The notes: generated by a model not told the origin, from the sequence alone. A DNA stretch of 63,996 nt, filler included, from Ionaspis alba (GCA_964255285.1; 4 parts of 4 records of this genome joined end to end with filler, not necessarily neighbours in it), one strand, 5' to 3'. Counted from the first letter of the whole stretch, positions 13,598 to 27,061 are shown. Program-made: numbers and translations.

Positions 13598-14938
13598 TCA
13601 ATGCCCATTCACTACGGCGTCCTGCTTCGCCTCCTTCGTCGCCAAATCCTCCACCGTCGTCATCGAAGCCGGCAGCACTTTCTTCGGCAGCGGCGGCAAC
13701 TTACTCCTTGCCGACTGCCTCGCCTCCTGCGCCAGCACGGCATCCATAAGCACCAAAGCAGCCATGGCCTCGACGATAGGCACCGCCCGCGGTACCACAC
13801 AAGGGTCATGTCTTCCTTTGGCCTCCAAAACTCCCTCCTTACTATCGTACGTCGCCGTCGTCTGCGCCTGTCCAATTGTCGCTGGAGGCTTGAAAGCTAC
13901 GCGGAAGTATATGGGTGCCCCATTTGTTATCCCGCCCTGGACACCTCCTGAGTTGTTCGTCTTAGTCGTTAGTCGTGGCTGTTTTGACGGCGCTGAATTG
14001 GCACCCGAACGCGAAGGAGGCACCGCAGGCGCTTGAATAAAGGCGTCGTTGTGGATTGAACCAGGGACTTCGCAGCCGCCAAAGCCGGACCCTATCTCGA
14101 AGCCTTTGGTGGCGGGGATGCTGAGCATGGCGTGCGCGAGCATGGCTTCCATCTTGTCGAAGCAGGGTTCACCGAGGCCAATGGGCGTGTTCCTGATGAC
14201 GCAGGTCACAGTTCCGCCTATGCTGTCTTTTCGGTCTCGGTGGTAGGCTATGAGCTCGGCCATTCGGTCGGAGGCTTCTTTGTTGGGACATCGGACGGGC
14301 AGGAAAGAGTCGACGTCTTTGCGGGTGATTTTGCTAAGGAGGTCGAGGTAGACTGGATTTGTGGCTGCGGTGGGGTGTGTTGCGGTAGCTGGGAAAAGAT
14401 GTTCGCCGCCCACAGAGGAGACGAAGGCGATGATTTCGACGCCATGGGCTAGAGTTAGGTACTTTTCTGCTATTGCGCCGGCGGCGACTCGGCCAATAGT
14501 TTCGCGGGCACTGCTTCGACCGCCACCGCTGCTAGCTTTGACGCCGTACTTTTCTTGGTAGGTGTAGTCTGCATGGCTCGGTCGTGGGAACATATCCATT
14601 GTGCTTCCACCGTAGTCTTTGGGTCGTTGGTCCTCATTCCGGACCATCAGGCCTATGGGTGTACCTAGAGTGATGCCAAATTCGGTCCCTGATTGTATCT
14701 GCACTCTATCTTTCTCATCTCGAGGGGTAGTGAGAGCGCTTTGGCCCGGGCGCCGTCGAGTCATTTGTGGTTGGATGTCTTCTTCTGTGAGCTCCATTCC
14801 TGGAGGACAGCCGTCGACTATACATCCTACTGAGCGGCAATGGGACTCGCCATAGCTATTTCACAGTTAGTAGGATACGTCGGTCGAGAATGGTATGACA
14901 CACGTAGTTACCCTAAAATACTCTCCGAACGTGGACAT
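13598..14938 (-). CDS. ARO2: Chorismate synthase (intron 14856-14903)
   Basis: [54 protein letters not shown] signatures. Confidence 0.97.
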
Positions 14939-15211
14939 TTTTCAATTGTGGAACAGGTCAGTTTCTGATTAGGAGATCTTGTTTAAACTATGTTAATCCG
15001 ACAATCAGGTTGGGGTGGAAAAGTGGTTTTGTAAGTCCATGAGCAGGTTAACGTAAGATTGAAACGTCAATTGCTGAATCCACAAAAATGTAACCTGACT
15101 GCTGGGACCTGCAGGGTCCATGCAGATATTCAAAGGCGGAACCACTCTCGGCCCGGACTGATATCGGCTTTCTCCGACATAGGCGATTCACCATCATCAA
15201 GTGTGCATTTC

Positions 15212-16639
15212 ATGCCTCCTAGAGTGCTTCCATTCACAGTAATTGGAGGCGTTTTGAATACGAGCAACCGCACCTGTGATTTTGGGTCTATCACAATATA
15301 CAAAAAAAGTCTCTCATCTGCAGCTTCCTCGTTTGCAAAACATGCTACAAGTTCAGCTTCCAAATATCAAATCTTTCTCTCTCGAAGCAATGATCCCTTT
15401 CTCAATCTCTCAATCGAGCATTTCTTACTGCAGAAGACTCCTCAGCATTCCACTATCTTATTCCTCTATATCAATCGACCTTGTGTAGTCATTGGAAGGA
15501 ATCAAAATCCCTGGCTAGAAGCCAACCTCAAGCTCCTCGCTGGCCCTATTCAGACTTCAGCATGGACAGGCAACGGAGCTATTGTACCAGGTCCTCCTAG
15601 ATTGGTCGACCTCGTCAGAAGACGTTCAGGAGGAGGAACAGTCTTCCATGACTTGGGAAACATCAACTACAGCGTCATCTGCCCCACCGCAGACTTCACA
15701 CGAGACAAGCATGTCGAAATGGTCGTCAGAGCCATCAGACAAGACAACGACAGGGCTCGCGTCAACGAACGGCATGACATCGTCCTCGACCAAGGAGGAC
15801 CGCTACCACAAGAAGCCACTCACAACCCCAACGATATGCACAAGTCGGCATATCATCCCACCAGCGAAAAGCACCCACCCCTCAAAGTCTCAGGCTCAGC
15901 CTACAAGCTGACCCGAACGCGCTCCCTCCACCACGGTACCTGCCTCATCAACTCCCCCAACATCGCAGGCATATCTGCGTACTTGCAGTCCGCCGTACGC
16001 CCATTCCTAAAAGCCAGGGGCGTTGACAGCGTGCGGACACCAGTCGCGAACGTCTATCCAAACTATCAGCCACCAGCGATGTCACGTTTTACCGAGCATG
16101 TCGTCGGAGCTTTTGCAAAGCAATACGCTCTGCAGGACTTCTCCGCCAGTAATCTCGTCAAGGCGCAGGGGAGTCTGGATTTCCAATTTGGTAGGGACTG
16201 GGTCTGTGGCGCTGTGGGAGAGTATCTGGCAGATGTCCCGGAAATCCGGGAAGGAGTGCAGGAATTGCAGGTATGAGTTTCAATCCTCGTCTCTGCTCGC
16301 ACAGTGTCTACCCAGTCCTATTGACACTCAGGCACAGTCTCCCGCCTGGATCTACGGCCAAACCCCCCAATTCACCCTCTCCATCCCGCCCGTTACCGGC
16401 GACACTAATTCCCAAGCTCCTATCCCTCCCCGACTCCCTCCATCAGTAAGTCCTTCCCCTCGCCATCCTTTCCTCCAACCCATCCAAATCCCCAACTAAC
16501 AACTCCTCCCGCTCAATCAGACCCGTATATCCCTTCAAGCCCGCTCAGGCATCATCAATTCAGCCGAAATTTCCACATCAGCGGATAGCAAGCTAGCTTC
16601 CCGAGAAGCGGCAGCTTGCGAGCGCGTTCTCGAGGGTTT
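15212..16639 (+). CDS. AIM22: Lipoate-protein ligase A family (mitochondrial); 3' end runs into an assembly gap
   Basis: DPFLNLSIEHFLL, PCVVIGRNQNPW, RRRSGGGTVFHDLGN, VNERHDI, KVSGSAYK, HHGTCL, and W.YGQTPQF after the intron. Confidence 0.9.
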
Positions 16640-16739
16640 NNNNNNNNNNNNNNNNNNNNNNNNNNNNNNNNNNNNNNNNNNNNTTAATTAATTAANNNNN
16701 NNNNNNNNNNNNNNNNNNNNNNNNNNNNNNNNNNNNNNN
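16640..16739. other. Scaffold join: N44-TTAATTAATTAA-N44 artificial linker (also at 33353-33452 and 50064-50163)
   Basis: Identical 12-mer, giving stops in all six frames, centred in three 100-nt gaps (16684-16695, 33397-33408, 50108-50119). Confidence 0.95.
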
Positions 16740-18744
16740 CAGGCCAAGCGAGCTGAAACTGGCACAGAAAAGAAGAAGACGCCTACCTCCAAATTATCCT
16801 CCAAAGCAGCCTCGAAAAATCCTTCTACAGCTTCTTCCGTAAATGGCGATGAAACACCTCCACTACTCGACGGAGATGGAAACCCTCTGCCTGACGATGA
16901 GCAGCCTGCTACGACAACGGAGAAGATGGAGGACGTCAAGAAGTTGACTGAACAGATGGATAAGCACGGTCTTTCCGACCGAGTCACGACTGGTGTGCTG
17001 GCTTCTCTGGCGCAAAGTCGTGATGTCAAAATCAATTCGGTCTCTCTTGTATTTCATGGAAAAGTTCTCATTACAGACACCACCCTGGAACTCAACTATG
17101 GACGAAGATACGGTCTTCTTGGGGAGAACGGCTGCGGAAAATCTACGCTCCTGAAAGCTATTGACAAACGCGAATATCCAATTCCCGAGCAAGTCGATAT
17201 CTATTTATTGAATGAAGGAGCTCCACCCAGTGATCTTGGTGCCTTGGAGTGGGTAGTCAAAGAGGCAGAGAACGAGATGAACAGATTGGACAAGTTGGCT
17301 GAAGATATCCTGGAACGAGATGGTCCAGAAAGTCCTATACTGGAAGACATCTACGAGGTGAGCACTCTTCTTCCTCTCAGCATTTGTGCAACAACTAATC
17401 GACCCCGCAGAAAATGGAAACGATGGACCCATCCACCTTCCAAACACGCGCATCCCTCATTCTGACTGGTCTGGGCTTCAACAAATCCACAATCCACAAA
17501 AAGACCAAAGACATGTCAGGAGGATGGCGTATGCGAGTAGCTCTAGCTAAAGCTCTCTTCGTCAAACCCTCTCTCCTCCTGCTCGACGACCCTACCGCCC
17601 ATCTAGATCTCGAAGCCTGCGTGTGGCTAGAAGAGTATCTCAAGAAATGGGACCGCACCCTAATCCTCGTCTCCCACAGCATGGACTTCCTGAACGGCGT
17701 TTGTACAAACATGATCGACATGCGAATGAAGAAGCTCATGTACTACGGCGGGAACTATGACTCCTACATCAAGACCCGTACAGAGCAAGAAACCAATCAA
17801 ATGAAAGCCTACGCCAAGCAACAAGAAGAAATCGCGCACATCAAGAAATTCATAGCCTCAGCTGGTACCTACGCCAATTTGGTCCGACAGGCCAAGTCCC
17901 GCCAGAAGATCCTCGACAAGATGGAAGCCGATGGATTCATCCAAAAAGTGCACGAAGACCGCGTCTTCACTTTCCGCTTCGCAGACGTCGAAAAGCTCCC
18001 ACCACCCGTTCTCTCCTTCGACGATGTCACTTTCTCATACTCGGGCAACTCCAAGGATAACCTCTACAAAAACCTCGATCTAGGTGTAGACATGGACTCG
18101 CGAACAGCACTCGTCGGACCCAACGGTGTCGGTAAATCAACTCTGCTACGTCTTATGACCGGCAAGCTCTCCCCCACCAGCGGCGTCGTCTCACGACACA
18201 CGCATCTCAAGCTGGGCATGTACAGCCAACATTCGGCTGAGCAGCTCGATCTTACGAAATCTGCGCTCGACTTCGTCCGCGATAAGTACAGCGATAAGAG
18301 CCAGGACTACCAGTACTGGAGACAGCAGCTGGGTCGGTATGGTCTTTCCGGGGAGTCGCAGACAGCTCTTATGGGGACGTTGTCTGAGGGACAGAAGAGT
18401 CGGATTGTGTTTGCGTTGTTGGCCATCGAGGGCCCAAATATGTTACTGTTGGATGAGCCGACGAACGGCTTGGATATCCCGACGATTGACAGTTTGGCGG
18501 ATGCGATCAATGCGTTTAGTGGCGGTGTCGTTGTGGTATCCCATGATTTCAGGTATGTCGGAGTTTTCGGAAGTCTTGCTTGGTATTTGGGATTCTCGGT
18601 GGCTGATCGGATCACAGATTGCTCGATAAGATTGCCAAGGACATCATGGTCTGCGAGAACAAAACTATCAGACGATGGGATGGCTCGATTGGCGAGTATA
18701 AAAACTACTTGCGGAAGAAGATGGTTACGATGGGACAGGTTTAA
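16740..18744 (+). CDS. ARB1: ABC-F ATPase Arb1/ABCF2 (ribosome biogenesis); 5' end lost in the gap
   Basis: Two ABC domains without TM segments: [55 protein letters not shown]. Introns at about 17358-17410 and 18553-18618. Ends KMVTMGQV*. Confidence 0.95.
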
Positions 18745-19802
18745 GTTGAGGAAGTTGTTTGCGTCGTGCATTCTGGGCAGGAAAGGGTGCGCCATGTGCA
18801 CTTGAATCTGAATATGACACGATAGGCATATCGGCAGCGCAAATCACGACTACATTCGGTAGGGACGATTCACGTGAGATGCATAGTTGGCATGGGAGGC
18901 AGGTAGGAATATCTTGATTGATCTTCATTAGAGGCGCATAGAGGCTCGATACCAATAGAAAAAGTGATTTGCTTCATATTCTCGTCATAAGGTGGAAAGC
19001 GCCGAATGCTGTCCATCCATGTACCAGCAGCCATTGTTGATGCTTTCGTCATCGACCAAGCTCTGTAAGACGCGGCAATAAGAATTGCTCGCTGCTGAAG
19101 GTATCCCAGGCGGAACGAAACCCGCCATGTACTCCGAAAGGTCTCTGTTTCTTGCGGAACGGCTTGGGTTCTCTCTATTTTGTTTCGCACGGTCCATCCG
19201 TTCGAACTCGGAATGGAGGTATTGGATAACCGGAGTTGGTTTCCCTGAAGGCTCCCTACACGCCTGCTGCACTTGATAACAACATCAATCACCACATCCA
19301 GAAGTTCACTCCATCGTGTGAATCCTAACCGCCACTTTGCATGCCAGTCCTGACGAGATTGGCGATGTTTTCGATGTACCCATCATCGCAGGCAAGACTC
19401 GGTTGCTCGATACTGCTGTTTCAATCTTCAGCGTGGTCCGCGTTCGAGTTAACGCGAACGGCCTTGAAACGCTTGCCAGGGGCGGGGCGGGTGTCTGAGT
19501 CCGTGAAGCAACTCGGATGAACTTATTCTGGCCTAAGATCGTCCAGCTTGGCACTTTGGGTGTCACCTCTTGTAAGTCATTAACGGAACGACATTGCCGT
19601 CAGTGAAGAACCTGCAGTTTATGAGCCAAATTCAACTGCCAAGTGCTTAGCGCCGTATATGCCACAACGTTTGCTCAAATATGCAAAAAGGGTCATTCTA
19701 GGAGCACTTAGTCGTCGTACAATCCGTGCTCCCGGCCTTACATTTCTCACCCACCTCCAGGTACGGTCACTTCCAATGATCCCCTCCTTTCCCTTTCGTT
19801 TC

Positions 19803-21347
19803 CTACCCACTACCACCTTCCTGCCTCTCGCCCCACCCCACCCACCTCCTCACAATCTCATCCACCTTCCTCACCTCTCGCTTACTAGCCTCGATCTCAA
19901 ACCACTCTCTATGCTCCTTCCCGCACCCAGCACAAAGCCTTTTGACTCTCTTCTCCTGAAGCTCGAGGTGTATGAGTCGTTCCACTCGAGAGACATGAGG
20001 GACTTTGTGGGGCTGAGGTGAAGGTGACACAGGAGCCGACTGTGGGGTCGAGGAGGAGGTTGAGGGAAGAATTGGGTAGAGAGGCGCGGATTGTGGTTTG
20101 CTTGGCGGCGATGGAAGAGGTGACGGAGGGTTGGATGCGGAGGTCGGCTGGTAGGGGTACCAGCGGATTAGGGACAGATCGTGGCCGCATTGGCGAGACC
20201 ATTGATTCATGCGGCGATGGACGTTCGATGCACGGCCGATTTTCAGGAGAATTGTGCTTTCCTTGCCTAGTTCGTCCATTCGAGAACCAAGTTTGGTGAA
20301 ATAACCGCCTGGAGCGCGTGTGTTGGGTTGTCTTGAGTCTGCGGGCGTGGGTGGTGCGAGAAGCGAGGAGGTGAGTGTCGGTGATGGAGGAGCGGCGGTT
20401 GCTGGGGTTAGCCAGAAGATGTAGATGTAGCCGGGTGCAGAAGTTGGTGGAAGGGGCTTGGCTAGTTCGGCAAGTAGTGTGGAGGTTGTGGAAGGGGTGA
20501 GAGTTCGAGGGATCAGAGAAAGAAGTGCATGGGTTTGAGAGGAAGAAGGACGATCAGAAACTGGGTTGGCGAAGTTGGATATCAGTGGCGGGCGTGACAC
20601 TAAATGTGCTGATTGCTTGGAAAATTCCCCTGGAGAAGGTTGTGGCCGTTGAGAAACTGGCTGTATGCCATGTGGTAAGGTGGACTTAGGGCTGTAACTT
20701 TTCTGGGCAATCGCGGATGGGTTTTGATGTCGAATGGGAGCCGGCGGAACATCTTCCGGGTCTACTGATCCGATGCAGCAGAATAAGGACAGTGAGAATG
20801 TCGGTCCTCCTGTCCGTACACGTTGTTGTTTGGGTCTTGGAGGACGACCATGAACAGGCTTCTCCGAGAAAGGGTCCTCCGGTACCGACATCAACGGACC
20901 AGGCACATCCCGCCATTGCTTTGGCAGAGTAGCTCGCCTGACTTGATGGATGCCGTCCTTATTCTTTTGCTTTCTTATTGACGGGCGTTCTTTCTTCTGG
21001 ACTTCAAGAACTCCTAGTCGATCTATGAGAGTATCAATACTGGAACGTTCTTTCAGTTCCAGGACCTGAGTCCTTCTCGAGTTCCCAGTGTCCGCTAGAA
21101 CTTCGGCTTGGTCTTTGTGCTGCCAGCAGAAGAACGCAGCCGCTCCTTCGTGGTCTTCATCGACGTCCGGCAGGACAGCTAAAACGCCTCGCTTTGCATT
21201 CGGAGACAGGCTTGGTGAATTCGAAGCTGCTGCTAGGGTCCTTCGACAGGGCCTTCCATTCGAGGTAATCCCTTTGCAGGTCGTGGCCGGATTCTTGGAG
21301 TCAGACCGAGGAAGAAGTGATTCTGGCGTATGTGGTATAAAAGGCAT
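19803..21347 (-). CDS. T5orf172/MUG113 (DUF1766)-domain protein
   Basis: N-terminal CKGIT..G.PCRR...FFCWQH. C-terminal GYIYIF...LLKIGRASNVHRRMNQWSRQC...SRVERLIHLEL...C..CGKEHREWF. Confidence 0.85.
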   Translation of the reverse strand: MPFIPHTPESLLPRSDSKNPATTCKGITSNGRPCRRTLAAASNSPSLSPNAKRGVLAVLPDVDEDHEGAAAFFCWQHKDQAEVLADTGNSRRTQVLELKERSSIDTLIDRLGVLEVQKKERPSIRKQKNKDGIHQVRRATLPKQWRDVPGPLMSVPEDPFSEKPVHGRPPRPKQQRVRTGGPTFSLSLFCCIGSVDPEDVPPAPIRHQNPSAIAQKSYSPKSTLPHGIQPVSQRPQPSPGEFSKQSAHLVSRPPLISNFANPVSDRPSSSQTHALLSLIPRTLTPSTTSTLLAELAKPLPPTSAPGYIYIFWLTPATAAPPSPTLTSSLLAPPTPADSRQPNTRAPGGYFTKLGSRMDELGKESTILLKIGRASNVHRRMNQWSRQCGHDLSLIRWYPYQPTSASNPPSPLPSPPSKPQSAPLYPILPSTSSSTPQSAPVSPSPQPHKVPHVSRVERLIHLELQEKRVKRLCAGCGKEHREWFEIEASKREVRKVDEIVRRWVGWGERQEGGSG

Positions 21348-22336
21348 TTTCGGGCAGGATTCCAGGGTCTTAAAGCCAAGGAGTATCAATGAAATAAGTA
21401 CAGTTTAAATATGGACATAGATCTTCCACGTCTTGCATATGGTCATGTAGAAACCAAACTCGAAACTAACGTGAATTTGCAAAAATTGTGAAGGCATGGT
21501 AACCCCGAAAAGTCCAAATTGACAATCTTCGTATAGTAGTCATAACCTTATCATTGTGCTTTGAATGGAAGGTAGAGGTGGAAGAGTCATTATTCAAGTA
21601 AGACAAAGGCTGGCGCTTAGTGTGTGGCTGGGGAGCCTCTTTCAATCGCCACTCCTGCAAATCCGCTGGCTGCGCGCAAGTTGTGACATCCTCACTCAAG
21701 CAGAAATCGAGCCAGAAACAACGACCATGTTATCGCTCCGCACTCGACCTACAGTAGGTTTCTGGCAGAATCGAGTTTCCAGGCAGTAGGAGCCTCAAAC
21801 TAGTCGTCCTCTACCGTCGTAGCCTCAGAAAATACATTGGTACGGAGTACTCATGCTCAGTTGCCTTACCCACGCAATTGCCAACATAAAGCACTGTGGG
21901 CGGTCTCAGCAATCCCATCATTTGAACTGATGACGGGCCTTGCCAGGTATCGATCAAGATTGTATCAGAATTTAATCTTATCCTATTATTATTCTGTCGC
22001 TGGTGAGGCTCAAGATCCAGCTAGTCGCAATGTGGTTAGATGAGCATCCAGCCGCTGGTTGCCATGCTTCGGTACCTGCGCACGGACCAAAGGCACCATT
22101 GTTGACTTTCCGACAAGCCGATAAAGGAGCGACTACCGAGCCACTTCTCTTCAATCACTTTACTAAGACCGCCACTCTCCCCAATTCTGGATAGAACATA
22201 GCTCTGTCTCAACTTTTGGATAGCTCCATAATCAGAGTTTCATAACAGCATACTTACAAATATTGTCACCAAAGCAATTGTTCAAGGTCGCTAGGACAAT
22301 TGACCGAATCATTGGCCGCATGTGGAAACTCTCAAT

Positions 22337-24681
22337 ATGGCGTTACTGGAACCCCAGTGGATTACCGTGCAGCAGAAGACCTTCACAAAATGGTAGGACA
22401 TACTTTGATGTCAAATTGGTATTCGCTGCTGACTGACTATCCTACAGGCTCAATTCCAAAGTCCAAGATCGAGAAGTTGCTGTCAACGACCTTGTGAAAG
22501 ACCTCTCTGATGGTGTACGTCGACACTCTTCACACTTTGATCGATCTAATGAATCGCCTCACAGGTCATTCTCATCCACCTCCTCGAAGTCCTCGGAAAT
22601 GAATCACTCGGTCGTTATGCCTCTCGACCTAAGATGCGGGTCCAACGCTTCGAGAATGTCAACATAGCCCTCGACTTCATCAAATCGCGGGGGATACAGA
22701 TGACGAACATTGGAGCAGAGGATGTCGTTGATGGAAATCGAAAGATTATACTGGGTCTGATATGGACGTTGATTTTGAGGTTTACCATCAGTGACATTAA
22801 TGAGGAGGGAATGACGGCGAAGGAGGGGTTACTGCTATGGTGTCAACGTAAAACTGCATGCTATGACGAGGTCGAGGTCAGAGATTTTTCGAGTAGTTGG
22901 AATGATGGTTTGGCATTGTGTGTAGCATCAGATACTCACTTCTGATGGTGGGAGCTAACAGGTTGTAGTTGCGCACTCTTGGATATCCATCGGCCGGACT
23001 TGATCGACTACGACAGCCTGGACAAAAATGACCATCGTGGAAACATGCAACTCGCCTTCGACATCGCATCGAAGGAGATTGGCATCCCAGACCTCCTTGA
23101 CGTTGAGGACGTCTGCGACGTCGCCAAACCCGACGAGCGTTCCCTCATGACCTACATAGCTTACTGGTTCCACGCATTTTCTCAAATGGAACGTGTCGAG
23201 AACGCCGGCCGCCGAGTCGAGAAATTTGTTACAAATATGCAAGGAGCGTGGGAGATGCAAAACTCATTTGAGCGGCGCATGGAGGAGCTACTGCGACAGA
23301 TCAAGGCACAGAAACAGCAATGGGAAGAAGCCAGGTTTGAAGGCACATACGCGGATGCGAAAGAGCAGTTGAATGTGTTCATGGCATACAAGAAAAATCT
23401 GAAGCGGAAATGGGTAGCGGAGAAATCGGATCTGCAGGCACTGCTTGGAAACATCAAAACAAAAATGAGCACATACCGACTACGAGCCTACGAGCCACCA
23501 CCAGAGCTCCGCCTAGATGCGTTAGACCGCGAATGGACGATTCTTGTCGCAGGCGAGCGGCAGCGGAGCCAAGTCATCAATGAGACTATTCGAGAGTACG
23601 TTACCCTCATTCTCTCTACTCCTTACACCAACTGACCTTGGTTTCCAGCATCAAAGACACTCTCCGCCGTACCTTCGCTACCAAAGCCAATACCTTCGCC
23701 TCTACCCTCTCAACCCTCTCCCTCGCCCTCTCCAGTCTTGAAGGCGATCTTCCCGACCAGCTGACTTCCGCCCAACGACTCTCACTTTCCCTCCCACCCC
23801 TCTCCACCTATCTCACAGCCCTAGAATCTCACCACCATGCCTGTCTGGAAGCTAACATCGAAGAAAACGACTTCACGACCTACACCTTCGAAGAGCTGGC
23901 CTACGAGCTCGACCTCGTGAAAGCCTCCGTCGGACGCAAACTCGCGTTTTTGGAGAACCAGCTCGTGGCAAGGGATATGACCAACCTGACGCCCATACAA
24001 CTGGAGGAGTTCGAGAGCGTGTTCAGGCACTTCGATCGCGAGGGCAGGAATTCGCTAACGGAAGTGGAGTTCGCGGCGGCGCTCGCAAGCTTGGGACTTG
24101 TGTATGGCGAGGCAGAAATGCATGATGTGTTCGCCGCGACGGCCACAAGTCGACCAGGTATCGCACACTCGGGTCCTTTGTCTCCAGTCACTTCACCAGG
24201 CGCCAATGGCATGGCGAGTCCGACTCGAGGTACGGTGATGAGTCCCACGATGAGGCAGGTTGTCGATTTCGAAGGTTTTATCAGATTCATGGTAGGCGTG
24301 ACGGAAGACCAGAATACGGCCGAGCAGGTCTTTCAGAGCTTTAGGGAGGTGGCTGATGGGAAAGCGTATGTGACCGAGGTTGATCTGAGGCACTCGCTTG
24401 TTCCGGAGGACGTTATTGAGGAGTTGGTGAGGAGCATGCCTGTTGTTGGGCAGGTGGAGGATGGGGAGAGAGGGTATGATTACGTAGGGTTTATGGAGGG
24501 GATTGTGGGTGGTGGTGGTGGTGGGACGAAAGAAGGGGTAGAGGAGGAGATGGTCAGGGGCCTGAGTGAGGTGCGGGTTGGTGGTGGTGAAAGGGAGGGG
24601 AGAGGGTTTGAGAGGGATGGGGGTGGTGAGAAGGAGAATAGAAGTCCTGAGAGGAATGGGTTTGGGAAAGGAGCGCTTTGA
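22337..24681 (+). CDS. ain1: Alpha-actinin (2 CH domains, spectrin-like repeats, EF hands), multi-exon
   Basis: QWITVQQKTFTKW, DLSDGV, ENVNIALDFIK, IGAEDVVDGN.KIILGLIWTLILRF, GLLLWCQRKT, PDERSLMTY, EEFESVFRHFD. Confidence 0.95.
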
Positions 24682-25327
24682 TGTCGTGTGAAAAGAAACA
24701 AGGGTAATGAGGATGGGTGGGTTGTACATAGCATTTGGGAGGGATGGTCATGAGTTCTGGTTATGAAGGGCAAATCACGTAGTGGGGTCTGCATTGGGTA
24801 CGAGGAGTGTTTTTTGTTTGGATTGGGGTCAATGAGTGGATGAGTTGACGGGTGGTGCATTCGATCCAGTATACTCGCATAGCGTACACTGTGTGCAGTC
24901 TTTGAACAGAAGTAGAATCAAATACAAGACGTAGTACCTCACTTGCTCCAGGCTGGTATTTCGAGAATCGTTGAAGCGCGCACAAGCTTATTGTAATGAA
25001 TGATTAGGCGTAGGGGCTAGTATCGAGCGCAAACTTCCCTCAAGACTTGAGGCGGGAGGACAGGAATCGTTGCCTGGAGTAGTTATCTAGGAGTTATCAG
25101 GGTGTCAAAACAGGGGGGCTGCCCACAAAAGGTCCCCGTTTCGCTAAGAATTCTGCTGTGGATGTGAAACTCACCTTATGTAGGATTTCAGGGGTTTTAA
25201 TCACGTGGAACGCTATGATTACGTGCATATATAACCTGAACCTTCTAAGAATACAATCTTTAGTCCTCTATTCCTACATTTACAACATACCCAAAGTCTA
25301 TATCTACATTCGATCTTCCATTCAAGT

Positions 25328-26613
25328 TCATACTTGGACGGGAGTTTTATGCTCTATCGCCGCACCATTCATGTCCCTTTTTCTTTGTACAGCATCCTCC
25401 ATCATACCCGGATGCTCAGGCACAGCCACAGGCAATCCGCCCTTCCTATTCTCCTCGCACTGTCTCCAATTCCCTTCCTTATCTAAAGGCCTCGCAACCA
25501 GCTCATCCACAATCTTCAAAAGTTCTTCCTCCCCAGCCCTATCTGCCCTCCACTCCTCCCAGACATCCCACCACCACCCATGCGTCACCCCATCCCTCCC
25601 CAAATGTCCCGCAATACCATCACTCGCAATCCTTTTCGCCCACGGTTTATCCACAATATAATGCAACGCCCTGACCTCGCCATCCCGCCAGATATTTTCA
25701 TGCCAATACCGCATCGTCTTCAGCGCATTGAACTGCCATCCCATNNNNNNNNNNNNNNNNNNNNNNNNNNNNNNNNNNNNNNNNNNNNNNNNNNNNNNNN
25801 NNNNNNNNNNNNNNNNNNNNNNNNNNNNNNNNNNNNNNNNNNNNAGATATTTTCATGCCAATACCGCATCGTCTTCAGCGCATTGAACTGCCATCCCATA
25901 CTGATCCAGCGATCGCGGAAGAAATCGGCTAGGAAATCTTGGTCGGGGAAGTTATAGGTCGAGAGGTGCGGAGAGGTGTTGAAGGAGTGGAGCATTTCCT
26001 CCCAGAGGGTGGGTGAGGGGTGAAAGAGGAACATGCCGCTGTTGAGGAGGGTGTGGGTTTGCTTGCCATTGGGATCCGATGAGTGCGGGACTGGTGTGGG
26101 AGATTGGAGAGCAGCGGGGTGGGAAAGAGGTGTGTAGCCGCAGTTCTCGTAGCGCCATGACTCGGGGGCCCAGGAGTCGTGGTCGAGGTTGCAGACGCAG
26201 GCGTGGTTGGCGGCGAGGTGGGAAGTGGAGGTAAGGGGAGTGTCGAAGGCGGAATCGGGGTTGCGGAATATGGTTATGTCGGCGTCTAGAAAAACAATGG
26301 CGTCGTAGGTTGTGAGAGCAAAGACTCGAAGTTTGGTCCAGGTGTCTTCGAAGCGGGAGGCGATGAGTGTTGTTTTGTGGTGGGCTGGTGGAAGGAGGGG
26401 CTCGATCGGGTGGATGAGAAGGAGTGGATTGTGCTTGGATTCGATTTCGAGGGCGCGGATAGAGGTTTCGGGTAAGGAGGGAGTGGTGAGGACGATCAAT
26501 GGATAACGGGTTGAATGTTGTTTGAGGGTATTAGCAAGAGTCAGGACGCCGGGGAGATAGGAGGCGCGGGTTAAGAGGGTTGCCCAAGCCCGGTTTGGCA
26601 ACGCAGAACCCAT
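25328..26613 (-). CDS. Glycosyltransferase family 8 (glycogenin/galactinol synthase-like)
   Basis: AWATLLT..SYLPG, TWTKLRVF, DxD (FLDAD), LNSGMF, PDQDFL, HYIVDKPW. The two ORF pieces join once the 55-nt duplication around the false gap is collapsed. Confidence 0.92.
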
Positions 26614-27061
26614 TGTGGAGGTATGACAAGAAGTACAGTCAAGCCTCCCGTAGTAAATACCTGGAGGTCAGGAATATGGAGGTTATCCTGAACTCATTGC
26701 TCAAATTCTCGTCAACAATTTACATTGTTGACTTTGATGACATCATTATCGCTATCAGGGCAAGATTGGGTTTCTGCCAAGCCCTGCCGTCCCGCCTGTG
26801 CCTGCTATACAAGGGTTCAATTTAGCTGCCGCAACTCGCCCCGGAATGATTCCCCCCTGTGACGTCCGATCGATATGACCACTAAAGTTGTCATACCATC
26901 TCCCTCTCGGCGGAGCCGCATACTGCCCATCAAGCTCACAATACCTCACCAGCGTGACTCAGCCGATAGGTCGGGTTCTTTCCTCCACTATCCAGTGAAG
27001 ACGACCATGAATTCCAGTGCTCTCCTCCATACTTGTCCCCGTGATAATCCATCAGTACCAA

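Noticed and set aside
16684..16695. Palindromic TTAATTAATTAA occurring three times (also 33397 and 50108) as a possible element end or target site
   Set aside because: Always centred between 44 Ns on each side, so it is an artificial six-frame-stop contig linker. Adjacency across these joins is unproven.
18870..19600. Several short ORFs between ARB1 and the T5orf172 gene
   Set aside because: No recognisable motif or consistent splice model.
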